Source of the DNA: Azolla caroliniana
Lineage: Eukaryota; Plantae; Polypodiophyta
Reading direction: 5' to 3'
Length of the DNA: 64,000 nucleotides
NCBI GenBank assembly: GCA_043228905.1
Contig: JBHGNT010000012.1
Coordinates: 5,084,001 to 5,148,000, forward strand
The first letter of the stretch is position 1; each line of letters opens with the position of its first letter. The translations under genes and the position numbers were made by a program. The notes under the pieces are model-generated. The model ran no database searches, had not been told where the DNA came from, and saw only the letters and a program-made list of their open reading frames with translations. Positions 58,541 through 64,000 of the stretch are shown piece by piece.

Positions 58541-61500
58541 TGACACAACATAATAATCTGAGAATAAACCTTGCAGTGCGTATGAATGAAGATGGATGGA
58601 AATATTATAGATCTAGGTAATAAAGTAAGCTTAAGATAAGGATAAAGAAATGAAAGATAGAAAGGAGAAAGAGAAAGAAGGGCGTCGATCCACCCGACCA
58701 CCCCCGAGCAAAGGGATCGAGACGGACTCGAGCCTCGATCGGCGTCCCATACCACCGCCGTGGCGTCGAGTCGTACCTGGTGCTGGCGTGCTCGCTACAA
58801 GAGTTGACCCACCACACGAGCAGAGTCTCGATGTAGTCAAAAGATGATCCAATGAGGGTAGCTAGGCCTCTTATTTATAGCGATACCCAAGGCCCCCAGG
58901 CAAGTTCACACTTGACCTAATGGGTTGTCTCAATCCCGAGGATTAAAAGTAATCCTCCCCTTCTTTACACTCTCATTTAACCCTCACACTTATCCACGTG
59001 TATAGAATACTACGGTAAATTCTTACCACAGGATATTATATGGTCATGCCCGTAACATACTCCCCCTCTTTAAAACATTGCACTCTTGCAATGGAAAGTT
59101 AGGGAAGTTAGTTCTAAGAGTATTTTGGCGTTCCCATGTGGCATCTTTTATTGATTTATCCATCCATTTTATTTTGAATTCTCGGATTTCTTTAGTACGT
59201 AATTTTTTTGTTTTAACATCGAGAATTCTTTCTGGTACATGTGGTTTAGAAGATAATTCTTCAGAAGTAACCAGAGTTTCAGTCGTAACTGTATTGTCGC
59301 CAGAACCTAGAAGTTCTTTTAGACGACTCACATGAAAGACTGGATGAATTCCAACACCATCGGGAAGAGCGAGACGATAGGCTGATGACCCAATGCGTTT
59401 GAGGACTGTAAAAGATCCACAAAACCGTGGGGCTAACTTAGCGTACTTACCCGTAGACAATGTCTTAGAATTGTGAGGTACACGTAAAAATACCTTCTGT
59501 CCAAGGTTGAATACACGAGGTTGCCTATGATGATCGGCATAAAAACGCGCTCTATCTTGAGCTGTTTTTATATTATCTCGTGCAATATGCAACATATCTT
59601 GCATATCCCGAAGAAAGTTTTGCGTACTTCGCAACTCATCATGATGTATATTAACATCAATCGGGGCTCGTGGCTGAAAACCATACATCAACATAAAAGG
59701 ACTATATCCCGTCGACGTATGCTTGGAGCTGTTATAAGCAAACTCCAAAATTGGGAGATAACGTTCCCATTTTGTTGGTTTTGCACCAACGTATGCTCGA
59801 AGCATGTCCTCAATAATTTGATTTACTCGTTCTGTCTGTCCATCAGATTGAGGATGATCCGTGGAGCTCATGCTCAACGTAGTTTCTAACTTCTTAAAGA
59901 CTTGTGTCCAGAAGTCACTAGTAAACTTTGGATCTCGATCACTCACGATATCCATCGGTAACCCATAAAAACGAAACAATTCGTCAACGAATTGGTAAGC
60001 CAATTCAGGAGCTGTTATCGTGGTTTTAGTAGCAATAAATCTGGCCATTTTAGTTAGTCGATCAACGACAACCCAGATGGCATCATGACCTTTTTGGGTG
60101 CGAGGAAGGCTAACAATAAAATCCATGGATATACTTTCCCACTTATTATTGGGAATGTCCAGGGGATGTAAAAGTCCTGCGGCTTTAAGTCTCTCGGCTT
60201 TGTTAACCTGACACTGGTGACATTTAGTCACATAGCTATGTATGTCAGGACGCATCTTAGGCCAATAAAATTGAGTGGAGATGAGAACGAGTGTACGATG
60301 TATTCCAGGGTGCCCTGCTGAGGGTGCATCATGGCATTCAAAAAGAATCCTCTTTTTGACCTCGGGTAAATCTGGAACACAAACCTTCCCATTACGGTAG
60401 AGCAAACCGTTAGCAATGTGGAAGTATTCCTTCGAGGATGTGGTGGTGTCTGTTCCAGACTCAACTCTTGCCCAGTATTTTGCGAAATAACTGTCATCAG
60501 GATACTTTCCTCGAAGGTGATCATAAAGATCTGATGATATTGCAGTGAAGCTAAGCATGTTAACTTCACGGATGCGACTTAGTGCATCAGCGACAGTGTT
60601 CATGGAACCTTTACGATATCGTATGGAAAAATCAAAGTCCTGGATGAGATCAGCCCATCGTGCCTTACGACCTTTCAGGTCTTGTTGGTCACAAAAATAT
60701 TTCAAGGACTCGTGGTCCGTAGTTACCACAAAGTGATTTCCATAAAGATAATGGCGCCATGTTTTGAGCGCATGTATAACTGCAAATAATTCCTTTTCTT
60801 GAACGGTATACCGACATTGAGCAGAATCAAGTTTCTTACTCTCGAATGCTATTGGTTTACCATCTTGATACAAGACAGCACCTATAGCATAATCGCTTGC
60901 ATCGGTTTCAACCTCAAAAGGTTTTGAAGGATCGGGTAAAAGAAGTGAAGGAGCCTTGCAAACCAGGTCCTTGAGTTCCTTAAAGGCAAGGTCTATTGTA
61001 GCATTCCACACAATAGGTTTTGTAGACTTACGCGTTTGACCTTTTAAAAGATCAGTAAACGGCGTCGTCAATTGGGAGTAATTACGAAGAGACTTTCGCA
61101 AAAACCCCACAAAACCAAGGAATGATCGAACTTCTCGAATATTCCGAAGAGTGGGCCAAAGCTTGATTTTCTCAATGCGAGAAGGATCAATTTCAACTCC
61201 TCGTTCGGTTATGAGATGTCCTAGATAAGTAATTGATTTCTTGAAGAACTCACATTTTGAGATCTTCGCATAAAACTGTTTGTCACGCAATGTTTGTAAA
61301 ACAAAGCGGACATGTCTAGCATGTTCTTGTAATGTACGGCTATAAACTAAAATATCATCCAAGAAAATAACGACAAATTTTCCAAGTTGTTCTCGGAAAA
61401 TGTCATTCATTTCTTGTTGAAAAGTAGCCGCAGCATTGGTCAAACCAAAAGGCATAACCAAAAACTCGTAATGGCCATAGCGCGTATGAAATGCCATTTT

Positions 61501-64000
61501 AGGAACATCGTCCTCACTTATTCGTATTTGATGGTAGCCAGTACGGAGATCAAGTTTCGTAAAATACCGAGCTCCCTGGAGACGGTCAATTAGATCGTCA
61601 GCCCGGGGCAATGGATACGAATTCTTGATCGTCACTTTATTCAAGCGTCGGTAATTAATACACATACGCCATGTGCCCTCTTTCTTTTTAACCAAGAGAA
61701 CTGGTGCACCCCATGGAGATTTACTATAACGTATATAACCCATTCGTAAATAGTCCTTGAGTTGCTTAGATACCTCATCTTCTTCGGATCGACTTAAGCG
61801 ATACGGAGGTATACTTATTGGTGCAACACCAGGTACAATATCTATACGATGGTCTATATTACGTTTAGGAGGTAACCCATCAGGTAGTTCACTTGGAAAA
61901 ACATCATGAAAATCATTTAAGATTTCATCAAGTTGTTGTTGTTCAAAATATGTTAATTGAATCGGGACATTATCGATATTGTAAACGTGAATGTCCGGAT
62001 CAAGTACACAATAAAATAACGTAGAACAAGACAACTCGGATATTGATGGACACGAGGAAACAATCGAGAGGGATTGTTTTTTTACACATTGAATAAAATG
62101 CGTACAATCGTTCAGTACAAAAGAAATGGAATGACGAACCCAATCAATAAATAAAGAAGAGTTTTTATTATAAAACCAGGGATAACCCAGTATTACATCG
62201 GTGGTACAAAGATTCATTACATGGAAGTCTACTTCCTCTATATAAGTATCAATAGAAATTCCTAATGAATGAATCGCCCCGTTGATGTATTGTACTCTTC
62301 CATCAGCCAAGTGCACCGTGTAGGTGTGATCACTTACGGTGGGTTGGATTCCCCATATCTGAACCAAACGATCATTCACAAAATTGTGTGAGCTTCCCGA
62401 ATCAAATAAAAATTGTACGGGAGATCCATTGATATACTCGTTTGCACGTAGTAAATCATTGGGACCCAATACATAGTGAGGGAAAGAACATTGACAATTA
62501 CTTAAATGGTGTGTATAGACCTGAAGGACATTAGGAATCTGACCTTTATGGTCTGCAGCTTTAGCTTTGTTGTCGTGCTCTTTCCGCTGGAGCTTTCGAC
62601 ATTGATCTTTTGTATGACACTTCTTTTTGCAGAATACACAAAAAGGATGTTGTCGCTTACAATCGCGATCTAGGAATTCGTTGGGTGTCTTGCGTTTCCC
62701 AACAAATTGCGACTGCTTAGTCCCGGGCGCTTCGTTGGGTTTGTTATGGTCCTTCTTCGAAGTGTGTTGATAGCGAAGAACTATTTCAACGGCCTCTTCG
62801 AAGGATTTTGGATCCTTATCGTGCACTATCCAGTGATAGTCCGAATTGGGGATGCCATTGACAAAACAAGCTATCAACCAATTGTCCCCTTCTAGACCCG
62901 ATTTTTGGATTTGGGTTCTAGCATGGTGAACATAGTCTTCTAGCGAGGAAAATTTCCTGCTAGAGAGGTTCATTAAAGCTTGTGCTGCCTCGGTTCGAGA
63001 GGGAGGTTGCAGAAATTGGCCCTTAAAAACCGTGACAAAATCTGTCCAAGTATCCAGCAATTTCCCCATAGTACGGAGGCCACGCCACCAGGCGGCGGCC
63101 TTACCCCCGAGTTCTCGGCCGACATATGCAATCTTCGTACTATCTGGCGTGGGATAGAGCTCAAAATGAGACTCCCATCGTCCCAGCCATGTGCAGATTG
63201 CTTCTTCGGTTCTTTCCTTTTTGTCTCCCGTAAATGGCTTAATGACAAATGATGGTTCACCTTGTCGCTCATCAGGTCTATTAGTCTCATGTTGTAGACT
63301 AATGACACGTGCCTCAAGTGCACTCTGAGATTGCCGAAGTTCGGTCATCTGTTGAGCGGTGAAACTAAGGTATTGGGTTATTTGTGCCAAATACATCTCA
63401 GTGGACATTTGTCCAGGAGGATTCCCTTGAGTTCCTTCCGCTTGAGCGGATGACATCGGGTCGTTAATTTGAGCCATTAAAGATTATTTCTGGAAAAGAA
63501 ATAGGATAAGGTCAGAGATATAGTCATAACATCATGTCGTGATGTAAACATATCATGGGCGAGCATTAATCGATATCATTATCTCACGTCAATACCCCTC
63601 TAGACGTATGAGATGAGGTTCAAGATTAGGTTACTATGGTAACACAAAGGTGTTTTAAAAACCATGGGGGTGACAAATAAATGTCTTTCCCTGATCTCTA
63701 TATCGATTTTTTCATGGTGGCTCCCCGAGGCTCAACCATGTATGTTCGCGTCATGAATAGTTTATACACGAAAAAAAATGTTAACAATAAACTATGTTTC
63801 GGTGCCCACATAAGTGGTTTCGGCTCTTTAAGTCCTATTACGAGGACCCCGAGGTGCACTTAGACCTTAAGTCTAAACATGTGTTATAGTCATATGTATC
63901 AAGGATGTTGTATGGTCTTGGTCATATTTGAACTCGAGACCTCGAGAACAAATACATTAAACACTTGAGCCAACCAAGTAAGTTGCTCTTCTCGAATGCT
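58541..64000 (-). mobile_element. Chromoviral Ty3/gypsy element; 5' LTR not in the window
   Basis: 3' LTR ~58541-59057 (left end approximate), PPT ~59060-59072, full gag-pol ORF. Confidence 0.9.
59044..63477 (-). CDS. gag-pol: Gag-PR-RT-RNaseH-IN-chromodomain polyprotein, 1477 aa, uninterrupted
   Basis: [69 protein letters not shown]-terminal chromodomain. Confidence 0.95.
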   Translation of the reverse strand: MAQINDPMSSAQAEGTQGNPPGQMSTEMYLAQITQYLSFTAQQMTELRQSQSALEARVISLQHETNRPDERQGEPSFVIKPFTGDKKERTEEAICTWLGRWESHFELYPTPDSTKIAYVGRELGGKAAAWWRGLRTMGKLLDTWTDFVTVFKGQFLQPPSRTEAAQALMNLSSRKFSSLEDYVHHARTQIQKSGLEGDNWLIACFVNGIPNSDYHWIVHDKDPKSFEEAVEIVLRYQHTSKKDHNKPNEAPGTKQSQFVGKRKTPNEFLDRDCKRQHPFCVFCKKKCHTKDQCRKLQRKEHDNKAKAADHKGQIPNVLQVYTHHLSNCQCSFPHYVLGPNDLLRANEYINGSPVQFLFDSGSSHNFVNDRLVQIWGIQPTVSDHTYTVHLADGRVQYINGAIHSLGISIDTYIEEVDFHVMNLCTTDVILGYPWFYNKNSSLFIDWVRHSISFVLNDCTHFIQCVKKQSLSIVSSCPSISELSCSTLFYCVLDPDIHVYNIDNVPIQLTYFEQQQLDEILNDFHDVFPSELPDGLPPKRNIDHRIDIVPGVAPISIPPYRLSRSEEDEVSKQLKDYLRMGYIRYSKSPWGAPVLLVKKKEGTWRMCINYRRLNKVTIKNSYPLPRADDLIDRLQGARYFTKLDLRTGYHQIRISEDDVPKMAFHTRYGHYEFLVMPFGLTNAAATFQQEMNDIFREQLGKFVVIFLDDILVYSRTLQEHARHVRFVLQTLRDKQFYAKISKCEFFKKSITYLGHLITERGVEIDPSRIEKIKLWPTLRNIREVRSFLGFVGFLRKSLRNYSQLTTPFTDLLKGQTRKSTKPIVWNATIDLAFKELKDLVCKAPSLLLPDPSKPFEVETDASDYAIGAVLYQDGKPIAFESKKLDSAQCRYTVQEKELFAVIHALKTWRHYLYGNHFVVTTDHESLKYFCDQQDLKGRKARWADLIQDFDFSIRYRKGSMNTVADALSRIREVNMLSFTAISSDLYDHLRGKYPDDSYFAKYWARVESGTDTTTSSKEYFHIANGLLYRNGKVCVPDLPEVKKRILFECHDAPSAGHPGIHRTLVLISTQFYWPKMRPDIHSYVTKCHQCQVNKAERLKAAGLLHPLDIPNNKWESISMDFIVSLPRTQKGHDAIWVVVDRLTKMARFIATKTTITAPELAYQFVDELFRFYGLPMDIVSDRDPKFTSDFWTQVFKKLETTLSMSSTDHPQSDGQTERVNQIIEDMLRAYVGAKPTKWERYLPILEFAYNSSKHTSTGYSPFMLMYGFQPRAPIDVNIHHDELRSTQNFLRDMQDMLHIARDNIKTAQDRARFYADHHRQPRVFNLGQKVFLRVPHNSKTLSTGKYAKLAPRFCGSFTVLKRIGSSAYRLALPDGVGIHPVFHVSRLKELLGSGDNTVTTETLVTSEELSSKPHVPERILDVKTKKLRTKEIREFKIKWMDKSIKDATWERQNTLRTNFPNFPLQECNVLKRGSMLRA

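Overview
Gene-free plant heterochromatin, probably from a moss or other seed-free plant (inference from the element families). No host protein-coding gene is visible. The backbone from ~20.6 to ~56.3 kb is a tandem array of roughly 60-70 tRNA-Pro-derived units, counted by eye and including partial copies. Target-site duplications show that it was split by nested LTR retrotransposons of two Ty1/copia families: A (Tnt1-like, one copy with an uninterrupted ORF) and B (Bryco/RLC5-like, with an unusual C-terminal Pol extension). Solo LTRs, a chromovirus fragment and a hAT-like non-autonomous element also interrupt it. At the array's left edge is a Penelope-like element with no visible endonuclease, ~850-bp pseudo-LTRs and a degenerate minimal hammerhead ribozyme. 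The left end holds a decayed Ty3/gypsy element and a family-B copy nested in an old family-A copy. The right end holds a deleted copia element, a LINE ORF1 fragment and a chromovirus with an open gag-pol ORF. Best candidate for a new system: a tRNA-Pro satellite acting as a retroelement landing pad, possibly centromeric. All coordinates were read by hand and may be off by a few bases.
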